In this document: positions 40,067 to 49,819 of the stretch, one piece after another | Layout: each line of letters opens with the position of its first letter | Position numbering within the stretch: the stretch's first letter is position 1 | Source: Pseudomonadota bacterium | GTDB lineage: Bacteria; Bdellovibrionota_B; Oligoflexia; Oligoflexales; CAIYRB01 | Direction of reading: 5' to 3' | Length of the DNA stretch: 64,000 nt | Assembly (NCBI GenBank): GCA_031416315.1 | Contig: JANOTL010000035.1 | Location: 1 to 64,000 of the forward strand | Program-made: the position numbers and the translations under genes | The notes under the pieces: model-generated | Told to the model about the DNA's origin: nothing | The model's input: the letters and a program-made list of their open reading frames with translations, nothing else | Database searches by the model: none

Positions 40067-40628
40067 GGATCTCGAGCGCGCGCTCGTCGGGCTTCACGAA
40101 GCCGGAGCGTACGTCGAGCAGGTGACGGCGCTCGTCGTTGAAGAGGTAGGTGAGCTTTAGGAGCACGCCGCGGGTGTCGCGGTATTCGACGCCGGTGACA
40201 TGGAATCCCGCCTTGAGCTTCGGGATCAGGATGGCGTTGTTGGTCGCTTGGTGAAAGCTGATCACCGACTGGAAGCCGAGCTCGCGGGCCCGGTCTAGGA
40301 GCATGTCGAGCATGCGCGCGTAGATGCCGTGGCGCTGGTGCGCTGGCTTGACCGCCGACATGCACATGCAGATCTCGTCGCCGCGCTCCTGCACGGATTG
40401 ACTCCAGCCGGCGAGCGCGCCCGCGGCGTCGTACGCGCCGATCAGGATCTGGCGGCGATTGGTCCAGGTCATCTTCAGCGCGGCGATCCGCTCGAGCTCT
40501 TCTTGACGGTAGATGCGCTCGCGCGGGTCGAAGTGGGTGGCGTCGGCAAACGCGGCGGCGCTTTCCTGCGCGTAGAAGGCGTCGAACTCGTCTTTTTCGA
40601 GGTAGCGGAAGGTGTAAGTCGAGGCCAA
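39993..40628 (-). CDS. GNAT-family N-acetyltransferase
   Basis: AVKPAHQRHGI acetyl-CoA motif, TNNAILIPKLKAGF. Confidence 0.85.
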   Translation of the reverse strand: MASTYTFRYLEKDEFDAFYAQESAAAFADATHFDPRERIYRQEELERIAALKMTWTNRRQILIGAYDAAGALAGWSQSVQERGDEICMCMSAVKPAHQRHGIYARMLDMLLDRARELGFQSVISFHQATNNAILIPKLKAGFHVTGVEYRDTRGVLLKLTYLFNDERRHLLDVRSGFVKPDERALEILSGAPRSPHPPTAASAERAPAAAR

Positions 40629-40668
40629 GGGCTTTCCTCCGGTGAGGGTTTACGATACTGCATTCCGC

Positions 40669-41271
40669 ATGGCGAAACGAGGCGAATGGGAGCTCCCCGA
40701 GCATCCGGAGATCACGGCGGCCGTCCTGGCCTTGGCGGCGGGCGGCGAGGTCTCCGATCGCGACGTCGACCGCTGGTTCCCGAAAGCGGCGCAAAAGTGG
40801 GCGCGGATCCATTGGACCCCCACGGCGGTCGCGCGTCGAGCGGCGGCGTTTCTGGTGCGCGCGCCGGAAGACCGCGTCCTCGACGTGGGCTCGGGCGGCG
40901 GGAAGTTCTGCCTGGTCGGGGCGCTGACGACGCGCGGACGTTTCCTGGGCGTCGAGGCGGTGGCCGAGCTCGCGAAGGCGGCCTCAGCCGTGGCGACGAA
41001 GTACCGGATCGCGGGCGCGCGCTTTCGCTGCGGCGACGCGACGGAGCGGGCGGCGTGGGCGGGGCTAAACGGCGTATATTTATACAATCCGTTCACGGCG
41101 GAGTCCGGGACCGCCGGGATCGACTTGGCGTTACTGCGGTTGCGAGAGGCGCCGTCAGGGCTGCGGGCGGTGACGTTCTGCGGGATCGGGGCACAGATGC
41201 CGGCCGAATACGCGCTCGTAAACGAAGAACGGACCCAGGCGGGTCCGCTCGCGTACTGGGAGAAGCGCTAG
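40669..41271 (+). CDS. Class I SAM-dependent methyltransferase
   Basis: HWTP, VLDVGSGGGKF, YLYNPF. Confidence 0.85.
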   Translation: MAKRGEWELPEHPEITAAVLALAAGGEVSDRDVDRWFPKAAQKWARIHWTPTAVARRAAAFLVRAPEDRVLDVGSGGGKFCLVGALTTRGRFLGVEAVAELAKAASAVATKYRIAGARFRCGDATERAAWAGLNGVYLYNPFTAESGTAGIDLALLRLREAPSGLRAVTFCGIGAQMPAEYALVNEERTQAGPLAYWEKR

Positions 41272-41275
41272 GTGG

Positions 41276-43186
41276 TCAGTTTCCGGGCGGCGGCGGTGGC
41301 AGCGTGTCCATGGTCGTGGTGGCGACCGGATTCCCGTTGCCGTCGACCCATTTGCATTCGGCCGCGGCGGGATCGGCGCAACACTTCAGGATGTGGTCCT
41401 TGGCGGGACCGTTCTTCTGGTGCCATTTCTCGAAGGTGCCTTTGTAGAAGCCCTTGGTCGGCGGCATCCAGTAGGCGACCTGCCAGTTCTCGCCGGCCTT
41501 GCGCACGCCGCCTTCGCCGACCTGGTCCAAGGCGTTCTCGACGGTCGGCTCGTGGCCCCAGCCCTTGCTGACGCCGAAGGATTGCTTCGCCCAGGAGGCG
41601 CAAGTCGAGGCGGACGCGAGGCGGTGGCAGCTCGTGCACTCGGCCGCCGCGTCGGACACGAGGAAAGAGTGCTCGACCGGGCGCAAGGAGCCGTCGTACT
41701 GCACGGTCGAGTATTTTGCGTCGACGTACGGGAGCGTCTCCCACTCGACCGAGCGCAGGAACGGCGAGTACATGAACGGATCGTTGTCGTGGCAGCCGGT
41801 ACAACCTTCGCCGGTCGTGTTGTAAAAGACCTGCTTGAAGTAGTCGACTTCCTGCGCGGTGGCGTTGGTGAGGTCGATCTTCGGAATCTTCGTGTCGGTG
41901 ATCTCGCCGCCGAGGTCGTCCCACCAGCAGGAGGCGCCGGTGGCCATGTTGGTGCCGATGATGCCGAAGTCGCCGTAGGTGGCCTCCGGCGCCGTGGGAT
42001 CCGAGCGGTGGCGGCAGATCCATTTGTAGTGGACGTCGCCCTTCGTGAGCTGGCCTAAGCGGCTGCCGTACTCGCAGGCGCCGCCGAGGAGCGCGGGGTT
42101 CAAGCAAGATTCGGCGTCGGCAGTGAGCGCCTCGAAATCCGGGCCCGCGGCGTCGCCGAGCTTCACCTTGTAGTTGACGATCTGCTTCGCGTTCTTACAG
42201 TTGATCTCGTCGGGGCCGGGAAGGCTACCGCCGAACGCCTCCTTGCAGCGGCAAGAGTAGCAGCGCGCTTCGTCGTAGTAAGGCGCGCCGACCGTGCAGG
42301 CTTGCGGGCAGGTGACGAAGTTCGGGAAATGCGAGGTCATCAGGTTCAAGCGGATGGCGGCGCTTTGCAGCAGGGCGAAGTCGAAGTTTTCGGTCTGCAG
42401 GAGCGAGACGGTGAAGAGCTGATCCTTCTTCGCGATCTTGTCGAGGATGGTGGTGGCCACGGTCTTGAGCGTGGACTGCGAGGCCTCGATCTTCTTCTTC
42501 AAGACGTCGTACGCGGCGAGCTGCTTCTCGACGTCGGCCTTGGTCTTCGTCTGGCCTTCTTCCAAGGCTTTGAGCGCGGCCTTCGCGTCCTTGTAGGCCG
42601 GCCCGAAGATCGTCTCGAAATCGGTCTCGGTGGCGGCGGGCTGGCCGTTGGACGCGGCGGCGGCGGCCGCGATGTTGTCCATCTTCGCGATGTCTTTCTT
42701 GGTCTTCTCGAGGTTCAGGACGAGGTCCTTCATCTGGCCCTCGAGGGACTCGAGCGCGGTCTTGACGTCGTCCTCTTCCCATTGACCGTCGCTGATCTCG
42801 CTCGTGATCTGGGCGATCTGCGCGCGTTTGGTCGCGTCGCGCAGGATCGAGTCGAAGCCTACGTCCTCGCTCGCGATTTCGACGAGCATCGAAGTCAGCG
42901 CGGCGCGCGTGGTCTCCTTCGCCGGCGTGTCGCCGGGACAGGCGGCGTTCATCTGCTCGATCGTCTCGATCTTGAGGTCGGCGGGGACGGCGTTCGCGCA
43001 AGATTTGACGAAGAATTTGTCGGCGTCGGGGCTCCACCAGAGGAGGACGGTGCCGCCGTGGTGGATGCTCTGGACGGACTCCAGTTGGCTGCCTCCGGGC
43101 TTGCGTACGACGTTGCAGGCGAACGCCGCGGCGAAGGCTCCTACCAAGGCGCAAGCGACGACGACCAGCGAAGGAGCTCTCTGCAT
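41276..43186 (-). CDS. Lipoprotein with coiled-coil N-terminal half and Cys-rich diheme cytochrome c C-terminal domain
   Basis: Lipobox AFA-C; CTGCH and CTSCH heme-binding motifs; long heptad region. Confidence 0.75.
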   Translation of the reverse strand: MQRAPSLVVVACALVGAFAAAFACNVVRKPGGSQLESVQSIHHGGTVLLWWSPDADKFFVKSCANAVPADLKIETIEQMNAACPGDTPAKETTRAALTSMLVEIASEDVGFDSILRDATKRAQIAQITSEISDGQWEEDDVKTALESLEGQMKDLVLNLEKTKKDIAKMDNIAAAAAASNGQPAATETDFETIFGPAYKDAKAALKALEEGQTKTKADVEKQLAAYDVLKKKIEASQSTLKTVATTILDKIAKKDQLFTVSLLQTENFDFALLQSAAIRLNLMTSHFPNFVTCPQACTVGAPYYDEARCYSCRCKEAFGGSLPGPDEINCKNAKQIVNYKVKLGDAAGPDFEALTADAESCLNPALLGGACEYGSRLGQLTKGDVHYKWICRHRSDPTAPEATYGDFGIIGTNMATGASCWWDDLGGEITDTKIPKIDLTNATAQEVDYFKQVFYNTTGEGCTGCHDNDPFMYSPFLRSVEWETLPYVDAKYSTVQYDGSLRPVEHSFLVSDAAAECTSCHRLASASTCASWAKQSFGVSKGWGHEPTVENALDQVGEGGVRKAGENWQVAYWMPPTKGFYKGTFEKWHQKNGPAKDHILKCCADPAAAECKWVDGNGNPVATTTMDTLPPPPPGN

Positions 43187-43397
43187 CCGGGGATCCTCAC
43201 GGGCTGATTTTGACGAATGCCCCATTATAGCCGGTTTTGGGCCCCGTCAGGCGGCGGCGTCTTTTTTGGTCCGGCGGCGAAGACGGCGAGAATGCGGCCA
43301 CGTTTCGGCGGCTTGAAGAACCCGGCCGGCCGGAATTTTTGCGCGCAAAGGGCGCAAAAGCCGCGAGGGCGGGCGGGCTTTGCGCTAAGCTCCCGGG

Positions 43398-43847
43398 ATG
43401 CGCATCTTCATCGACAATGACGGCTGCCCGCGCCTCGTGCGGGATCTCGTGCTAAAGACGGCTGAAAGGCGGGGGCTCACGGTCTTCGTGGTCGGCAACG
43501 CCTTCGCGAAAGTGCCGCCGCATCCCCTGTTCAAGATGATCGTGGTGCCGGGGAGCTTCGACGCGGCGGACGACCGGATCGCGGACGATGCCGTCGCCGG
43601 CGACCTGGTGATCACCGCCGACATTCCCTTGGCGGCGCGCATCGTCGAAAAAGGCGCCCTCGGCCTGGACCCGCGCGGCGATCTGTTCGACGCGCAGTCG
43701 GTGGGCGAGCGCTTGGCGACGCGGAACTTGATGGCCGAGCTGCGGAGCGGCGGGGACGTCAAGGGTGGTGGGGCGCCTTATGGGGATGGCGACAAGAAGC
43801 GGTTTGCGGATGCGTTGGATCGGGTGACTGCTAAGGCGGGGAAATGA
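43398..43847 (+). CDS. YaiI/YqxD (DUF188) family protein
   Basis: IFIDNDGCP, DAADD, VITADIPLA. Confidence 0.92.
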   Translation: MRIFIDNDGCPRLVRDLVLKTAERRGLTVFVVGNAFAKVPPHPLFKMIVVPGSFDAADDRIADDAVAGDLVITADIPLAARIVEKGALGLDPRGDLFDAQSVGERLATRNLMAELRSGGDVKGGGAPYGDGDKKRFADALDRVTAKAGK

Positions 43848-43859
43848 CTTCCGGCCGCC

Positions 43860-44816
43860 CTACGCCGCCCGCCGCCCCTCCACCCGCGCAATCCGCCGCG
43901 CCACGACCAGCCGATTCACCACCGGCGCGCCGCTGACCAAGGCCACGGCCAACAAAATCAGCGGCGCCGCCAGCAACACCCGCGGCCCCAACTCTTCCCC
44001 CGCAATCACGCTTCCAAGCAGCAGCGCGACGAGCGGATTGACGTACGCATACGTTCCGACGAGCGCCGGATCCGCATTCTTCAGGAGCCACGCGAAGGCC
44101 GAAAAACCGATGACGGAGCCGAAGATCACGAGATAGCCGAAGGCGACGACCGCGGTCGTGGTCAGCTGCGACGCTTCGAAGCGGCTCGCTTCGCCAAGGC
44201 CCAAGCCCACGACGATCGCGAGCACGGCGCCGCCGAGCATCGTCAGGGACGTCGCCGCCAGCGTCTCGGGATGGGCTGGCCACATCTTGCTGCGCACGGA
44301 GGCGAAGGCCCACGCGAAGGTGCCGAGCACGAGCAACGCTGCCGGCAAAGGGCTCGCGTCCTGCGGCGAAAGCTTGCCGCTGCCGATCAGGAGGACGAGG
44401 CCCGCGAGGCCCAAGACGATGCCCGCGACCTTGGCGGCAGCCTCGATCCGGCTCTTCGCGAAGCGCGTCCCGGAGAAAGCGCCGATCGCCGCCATCCACG
44501 CCGGCATCAGGCCGACGACGAGCGCGGCGACCGCCGAGGGGACGCCTTGGCCTTGGGCGTACGTGACGGTGCCGTTACCCAGCACGATCAGGAAGAATCC
44601 GTTCGCGACGCCGGCGATCAGGTGCGGCCGCTTGATGCCGCGGCGAAACGCGCCCGAAGCGATGACGGCGAGCACGATTCCGGCGATGAGATTGCGCACG
44701 CCGACGAGAAGAAAGGGCGGCATCGCGACCAGGGCGTATTTCAAGGCGAGGTAGGTCGAGCCCCAAACCACGTAGACGGTCGACAGCGCCAGGGTGAGCT
44801 TCAGCTTGGGCGTCAT
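43860..44816 (-). CDS. EamA/DMT transporter (YedA-like)
   Basis: VYVVWGSTYLA, TYAYVNPLVA; about 10 TM segments. Confidence 0.92.
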   Translation of the reverse strand: MTPKLKLTLALSTVYVVWGSTYLALKYALVAMPPFLLVGVRNLIAGIVLAVIASGAFRRGIKRPHLIAGVANGFFLIVLGNGTVTYAQGQGVPSAVAALVVGLMPAWMAAIGAFSGTRFAKSRIEAAAKVAGIVLGLAGLVLLIGSGKLSPQDASPLPAALLVLGTFAWAFASVRSKMWPAHPETLAATSLTMLGGAVLAIVVGLGLGEASRFEASQLTTTAVVAFGYLVIFGSVIGFSAFAWLLKNADPALVGTYAYVNPLVALLLGSVIAGEELGPRVLLAAPLILLAVALVSGAPVVNRLVVARRIARVEGRRAA

Positions 44817-45010
44817 GGTTTCCCCTTGAGAGCCTGGACGACGACGTGCCGGCCGGCCGGTAGCTCGTAGATCTGCCCTGGTGCCAGGACGATATCCTGG
44901 GACATGCCCTCGATGGTGATCCAGAGGTACTCCCTGGGGCTACAAACCTCGAGATGTTGTCCCTTTTCCGGGGTCAGCGCCAGAAGGGAAGGAAAGTCTA
45001 GGGCGAGCAT
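44813..45010 (-). CDS. DUF2917-family small protein
   Basis: LWITIEG..DIVLAPGQ; GAGGAG RBS; ATGA overlap with the EamA gene; divergent from a MocR regulator. Confidence 0.75.
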   Translation of the reverse strand: MLALDFPSLLALTPEKGQHLEVCSPREYLWITIEGMSQDIVLAPGQIYELPAGRHVVVQALKGKP

Positions 45011-45072
45011 GACGGGCTCCTCGGTGAAAGCTCACGCTTCACACGAGGATTATCGGCAGAAGCCTCCCACAA

Positions 45073-45127
45073 ATACAGATTCAGTTTTCCATGTGTCTTG
45101 CGATACAGTGCATTTGGGGGTAACTGT
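45073..45127. promoter_or_regulatory. Candidate MocR operator: ATACAG direct repeats plus an inverted ACTGT
   Basis: ATACAG at 45073 and 45103; AACTGT at 45122. Confidence 0.5.
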
Positions 45128-45128
45128 C

Positions 45129-46568
45129 ATGAGTGCCGGATTTCTTTACGAAAAGGTCGCGGCCGAGCTGACGGGCCAGATTCGGCGCGGGACCTTGCGC
45201 CCTGGAGACCGCGTGCCGAGCGTGCGTCAGGTACGCCAGCAGTACGACGTGAGCTTGTCGACCGCCGTCCAGGCGCTGTCGCTCCTCGAGCGTCGCGGCC
45301 TCGTCGAGGCGCGGCCGCAATCGGGCTTCTACGTCTTGGCCCAGCTGGCGGAGGAGTTCGTGCTGAGCGAGCAGGAAACCGGCGCGGCCGCGAGCGCGAA
45401 GCCGAATCACGTGATGACTTGCGAGCTGATCGGCGAGGTCGTCGCCGCCGCGCGCGATCCGAAATCCCTGCCGCTCGGCGCGGCCACGATCGGCGCCGAC
45501 CTCTTGCCAGGGAGCCAGCTCTACCGCGCGATGAATTGGGCGATGCGCGAGCTCGGCGCCGACGGCCTCATGTACGAGATGCCGCCCGGCAACGCGGAGC
45601 TGCGTCGACAGATCGCGCGGCTCGGCGCCGCTGCGGGCCTGCGCGTCGGCCCCGAGGCGATCGTCATCACCTCGGGCAGCATGGAGGCCTTGAGCCTGAG
45701 CCTACGCTCGGTGACGCGGCCGGGCGACGTGGTCGCCATCGACAGCCCCATTTTCTACGGGATTTTGGAGCTCGTCGCCGCGCTCGGGCTGAAGACGGCG
45801 GAGATCCCGGTCCATCCCGTCACCGGGATGGACCTGACGCACCTGCGCGACGTGATGAACAAGCGTCGCATCGCCGCCGTGCTCTCGATCCCGAACTTCA
45901 ACAACCCCCTCGGCAGTAAGATGCCCGACACGGCGAAGGAGGAGCTCGTCGCCATGCTGGCGAAGGCGGACGTGCCGCTGATCGAGGACGACATCTACGG
46001 CGATCTGCAGCACGACGGCCTGCGGCCGCTCGCGGCGAAAGCGTTCGACAAAAAGGGGCTCGTCCTGCACTGCTCCTCCTACTCGAAAACCATTTCGCCG
46101 GGAATCCGCGTCGGCTGGGTGATGCCGGGCCGTTTCCAGGCAGCCGTCGAGCGGCTGAAGTTCGTGAACACGATCGCGTCGGCGACGGTGGCGCAGGCGG
46201 CGATCGCGCACTTCCTCGAGCGCGGCGGCTACGAGCGGCATCTGAAACGGCTGCGGCCGGAGCTTTCGACGCGGATCCAGCTCTATGCGCTGGCGATCCA
46301 GAAGTACTTCCCCGCGGGGACGAAGGTGTCGTGCCCGACGGGAGGCTTCGTGCTGTGGGTGCAGATGCCGCCGGGCTGCGATGCGCGCAAGCTCTATGAA
46401 AGGGCGCGGGCCCACGGAATCGGGGTGATTCCGGGGCCGGCGTTCTCCAGCGAGGTCGGAAACTTCGCGACCTGCCTGCGCTTGAGCTGCGGCGCGCCGC
46501 TCAACAAAGTGATCGACGCGGCTTTGAAGAAGCTCGGGCACGAGGCCGAGAAGATCAGAAAGTCCTAG
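45129..46568 (+). CDS. MocR/GabR-type regulator (GntR HTH + PLP aminotransferase domain)
   Basis: LRPGDRVPSVR HTH, EARPQSGFYV, IEDDIYG, SSYSKTISPGIRVGW. Confidence 0.95.
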   Translation: MSAGFLYEKVAAELTGQIRRGTLRPGDRVPSVRQVRQQYDVSLSTAVQALSLLERRGLVEARPQSGFYVLAQLAEEFVLSEQETGAAASAKPNHVMTCELIGEVVAAARDPKSLPLGAATIGADLLPGSQLYRAMNWAMRELGADGLMYEMPPGNAELRRQIARLGAAAGLRVGPEAIVITSGSMEALSLSLRSVTRPGDVVAIDSPIFYGILELVAALGLKTAEIPVHPVTGMDLTHLRDVMNKRRIAAVLSIPNFNNPLGSKMPDTAKEELVAMLAKADVPLIEDDIYGDLQHDGLRPLAAKAFDKKGLVLHCSSYSKTISPGIRVGWVMPGRFQAAVERLKFVNTIASATVAQAAIAHFLERGGYERHLKRLRPELSTRIQLYALAIQKYFPAGTKVSCPTGGFVLWVQMPPGCDARKLYERARAHGIGVIPGPAFSSEVGNFATCLRLSCGAPLNKVIDAALKKLGHEAEKIRKS

Positions 46569-47820
46569 GCCAGTTGTTGTCTTCTTCGCCCATCACCACG
46601 GCGCGCTGCGTCGAATCGACGGCCGCCAAGATTTGGCGGTAGGTCCCCTGCTTCGCGTCCATGGCGGTGATGAACTGATAGTTCGCCGCCGCGTTCATGT
46701 GGAAGTAGGCCGGCATCGCATTGGTCACGATGTCGAGATACTTGGTCGGCGCGGCCTCGGGGTTCACCGCCACGTGCGCGTCGGCGAGCGCCTGGTCGAC
46801 GTAGGCGAAGGAGTCGCAGCCGTTGATGAAGTAGATCTGGTACTGGCCCGGCGTGAAGCGGCCCATGCGGGCCAAGGCCCGGACGTTCGCCCCGAGACCT
46901 GAGTGGCCGCTATAGCTGACGAAATCGGACACGGCGGTGCGGGATTCGTACTTCTCGATAAAGGCTTGGTCGACGTCGCGGATGCCTTTTACGAGGTAGA
47001 GGTGCGCGTCGATGACGCCGTTGCGGCCCTGCAGCTCGAGGCGGATGTCGTCGTGCGTGACCTGGTAAGAAAGGAGGGGATAGGTTTGGACGAGATAGTC
47101 GTAGAGAGTCCGAAATGCGACGACCCCTGCATCATTTTCGCTCCAGGGCTCCGGCTCGTTCATTCCGAAGATGGCGGTCACGACGAGGCGCTGGTCTTCC
47201 CAGACTTTGCCGTACTCCGGCGATTTACCGGTGGTGTTCTGGTCGCTGACGGCGAGCCGCATGGTTAGACGCGTGCTGAGGCCGGCGACGTCGCCGCCGG
47301 CGAGCGCGCAGCCCTGTTGCATCGGGCGGTAGTAATACCAGAAGATCCCGAGCGAGATGTCGTGCTCGGTCGGGGTGTAGCACGGCGAGCCGCCGCCGGG
47401 CCCGAAAGAAGCCAAGAAGCTCGAGCGCGTGGCCGCGTCCCCGCCGGCGGGCACGACCAGATTCATCGTCGCGGGGACCGCGTGCTCGCGCGGCCAGGCG
47501 ACGAAGAGCTTGGCCGTGTATTTCGCGTCGAAACGCCCGTCGGCGCGGGGCGTCACCTCTTGGAGCGCGAGCGCGAGGCGCGCCATTTCCGCGCCGCCGC
47601 CGAAGCCGTTCAGCTGGCCGATCGCGTACATCAGCTGCTCACGGATCTCCGACTCGGCTTGGGCCGGCTGGTCGGAGCTGACGACGGCGCGACCGCGGTC
47701 GACGTAGCCGTCGAGGGCCGTCGAGTAGCCGGAGTCGAAGAGTGGCTGGCTTAGGTCTGGACGGGCCTCCGGTCCGCGCGAGCAGCCTAGCATGATGAGC
47801 GTTAGGATGAGGGTTCGCAT
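46555..47820 (-). CDS. Lipoprotein, function unknown
   Basis: Lipobox MLG-C; KSPEY, YSGHSGLG, FINGCDSFAY. Confidence 0.8.
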   Translation of the reverse strand: MRTLILTLIMLGCSRGPEARPDLSQPLFDSGYSTALDGYVDRGRAVVSSDQPAQAESEIREQLMYAIGQLNGFGGGAEMARLALALQEVTPRADGRFDAKYTAKLFVAWPREHAVPATMNLVVPAGGDAATRSSFLASFGPGGGSPCYTPTEHDISLGIFWYYYRPMQQGCALAGGDVAGLSTRLTMRLAVSDQNTTGKSPEYGKVWEDQRLVVTAIFGMNEPEPWSENDAGVVAFRTLYDYLVQTYPLLSYQVTHDDIRLELQGRNGVIDAHLYLVKGIRDVDQAFIEKYESRTAVSDFVSYSGHSGLGANVRALARMGRFTPGQYQIYFINGCDSFAYVDQALADAHVAVNPEAAPTKYLDIVTNAMPAYFHMNAAANYQFITAMDAKQGTYRQILAAVDSTQRAVVMGEEDNNWPRTF

Positions 47821-47918
47821 CGAGAGTTCTCCGAGTCGAAAGGGACGTGGGGGGGGGAGGGTCGGCTGTCCGACCTGCAAAAAGTGCGCTATGCTCCCGC
47901 AATGGAGGGCTTGGTCCA

Positions 47919-48377
47919 ATGCACGCGCTCCGGCTTCCCGAGATCTTGGCTGCGTTTGATGCCGTCGACCGCGAAGGCGTGACGCCGCCCGATTTGGCGA
48001 CCGTCGCTTGGGGGGAGATCGACTACCTCGCGTGGCGGCATCTGTCCGAGCCGCGGGTCTTCATGGTGGTGCCGCTCCCCGAAAGGCTCGTCGGGCTCGT
48101 GGTCCGCACGCACGGCGGCCGTCGCGGCGGCTTTTGCGACCTCTGCTACAGCGTCGACCGCGATCACGGCACGACCTTGGGCGTGGTCGACAGCTGGATC
48201 CGCCCGCGTCAGGCGATGGGTTTCCACGTCTGCGCCAGCTTCGCGTGCAGCGAAGGCGCGCGCGGCCTGCGCTTCGTCTACCGAATGGGCGAGGCCTCCA
48301 GCACTGGCAGGCGCATCGAGCGGCTGCAGGATCGCGTCTCAAGGTTTGCACGGCACGTGACCGGTCTCGAGGCGTGA
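47919..48377 (+). CDS. FBP C-terminal treble-clef zinc-finger domain protein
   Basis: WGEIDYLAWR, CDLC, HVCASFACS. Confidence 0.75.
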   Translation: MHALRLPEILAAFDAVDREGVTPPDLATVAWGEIDYLAWRHLSEPRVFMVVPLPERLVGLVVRTHGGRRGGFCDLCYSVDRDHGTTLGVVDSWIRPRQAMGFHVCASFACSEGARGLRFVYRMGEASSTGRRIERLQDRVSRFARHVTGLEA

Positions 48378-49291
48378 CCGAGCACGGGCCGGCGGCGCGG
48401 CCCGGTTCGGGCGTGGAGCGAGCGTTGCTGTTCGCGGCGATGGTGAGCCTCGGGCTCGCGGCGGCGAAGGGCGGCGCCTATGCGGCAACGGGCTCTTTGG
48501 TCGCGCTCGGCAGCTTTTTCGATTCCCTCGGCGACGTCGTCGTCAGTCTGGTGAATCGGCTCGTGCATCGCGGCGCCTTGAAGCACGCGGATCGCGAGCA
48601 TCCTTACGGACACGGCGGCTTCGAGGTGCTGGCGAGCTTGGCGCAAGGCGTCGCGCTCGTCGCTTTGGCGTCGTGGCTCGTCGTGCGGTGCGTGGCGCGG
48701 TTGAAGGGCAGAGGCGGTGAGGACGCGCTCGCGCATGAAAACCTGTGGATCGCCATCGCGGTGCTCGGCGCCTCCGCGCTCGCCGGCTTCGTGATTCAGC
48801 GGCGGCTTCGGCGCGCGCGGCTGGGCGCCGAGCGATCGCTGGCATTGGAGGCCGACAGCGCCCACTACACGGGCGACGCCGTGCAGAATCTGGTCGGCGC
48901 GATCGGCTTGGGCGTCGTCTGGTGGACGGGCGACGCACGCCTCGACGCAGGGCTCGGCCTCGTCGCGGCGGGCGTGCTGGCGTTCTCCGCTTGGCCGGTC
49001 TTGCAGCGAAGCATCGGCGACGTCGTGCAGCGCGAAGCGGGACAGGAGCTGCAGGCGAAGGTCGCGGCGATCGCGCAGAGCGTCGACCCCCGTGTCGTCG
49101 GCATCCACCGCCTGAGGACGCGCGAATTGGGGCCGACGCTCTTCGTGGATTTCCATCTGGTACTTCCGGGAGCCTTGTCGCTCGCGGAGGCGCACGCCAT
49201 CGCCGACATGGCGATGGCGCGCGTGAAAGCGGCGATTCCGCGGGCGGATGTGTTGGTGCATATGGATCCGGATTCGGAGCCGGATGACTGA
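48374..49291 (+). CDS. Cation diffusion facilitator (FieF-like)
   Basis: DSLGD, DREHPYGHG, ADSAHYTGD, HRLRTR, VLVHMDP; GTGA overlap. Confidence 0.93.
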   Translation: MTEHGPAARPGSGVERALLFAAMVSLGLAAAKGGAYAATGSLVALGSFFDSLGDVVVSLVNRLVHRGALKHADREHPYGHGGFEVLASLAQGVALVALASWLVVRCVARLKGRGGEDALAHENLWIAIAVLGASALAGFVIQRRLRRARLGAERSLALEADSAHYTGDAVQNLVGAIGLGVVWWTGDARLDAGLGLVAAGVLAFSAWPVLQRSIGDVVQREAGQELQAKVAAIAQSVDPRVVGIHRLRTRELGPTLFVDFHLVLPGALSLAEAHAIADMAMARVKAAIPRADVLVHMDPDSEPDD

Positions 49292-49316
49292 ATCCGGCCG
49301 ACCAACGCGCCCCGCG

Positions 49317-49751
49317 TTACGGGCTCGTCATGACAAAACAACCACCATTCCCCGGGTTGTACGCGTAAAACGTCTGGTAATTCGCGCTCGACAGCAAAGA
49401 GCGCATCCACTGGTGCCGCGTCTGGTTCGGCTGGAAGTGGGTCGAAGTCAGCGCGGTGGAGGACGGGAGGTTATTGCCCGTGATCCAAGCGACGGCGTCG
49501 ACGTTTGTCTGTTGCAGACATGGCGGCTCGTTGGCGCCGATGGCGCGGTCGAGCCAGGCGCATTGGCCGACGCCGAGCCCGTTGCCGGCGCGGGCGGGGG
49601 CCTTGCCGAAGTAGAGGACGGCGCTCTTGGTCGAGGTGACCAAGCCGATGGTGCCGCCGCCGCGGCATTGCATCGGATAGGACTGCGGGACGGCATGGCT
49701 GGCCGACGCGAAAGCGAAGAAGGCGAGGACACTGAGTAAAAGACGTTTCAT
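49317..49751 (-). CDS. Small secreted Cys-containing protein
   Basis: Signal ASHA-V; CRGGG, GQCAWLDR. Confidence 0.8.
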   Translation of the reverse strand: MKRLLLSVLAFFAFASASHAVPQSYPMQCRGGGTIGLVTSTKSAVLYFGKAPARAGNGLGVGQCAWLDRAIGANEPPCLQQTNVDAVAWITGNNLPSSTALTSTHFQPNQTRHQWMRSLLSSANYQTFYAYNPGNGGCFVMTSP

Positions 49752-49819
49752 GACGAGCTCCGAAGCGTTGGTTGAGAGGGGCATCCCTCTAGCAACGCGC
49801 GAAGCGCGCAGATTCTAGC

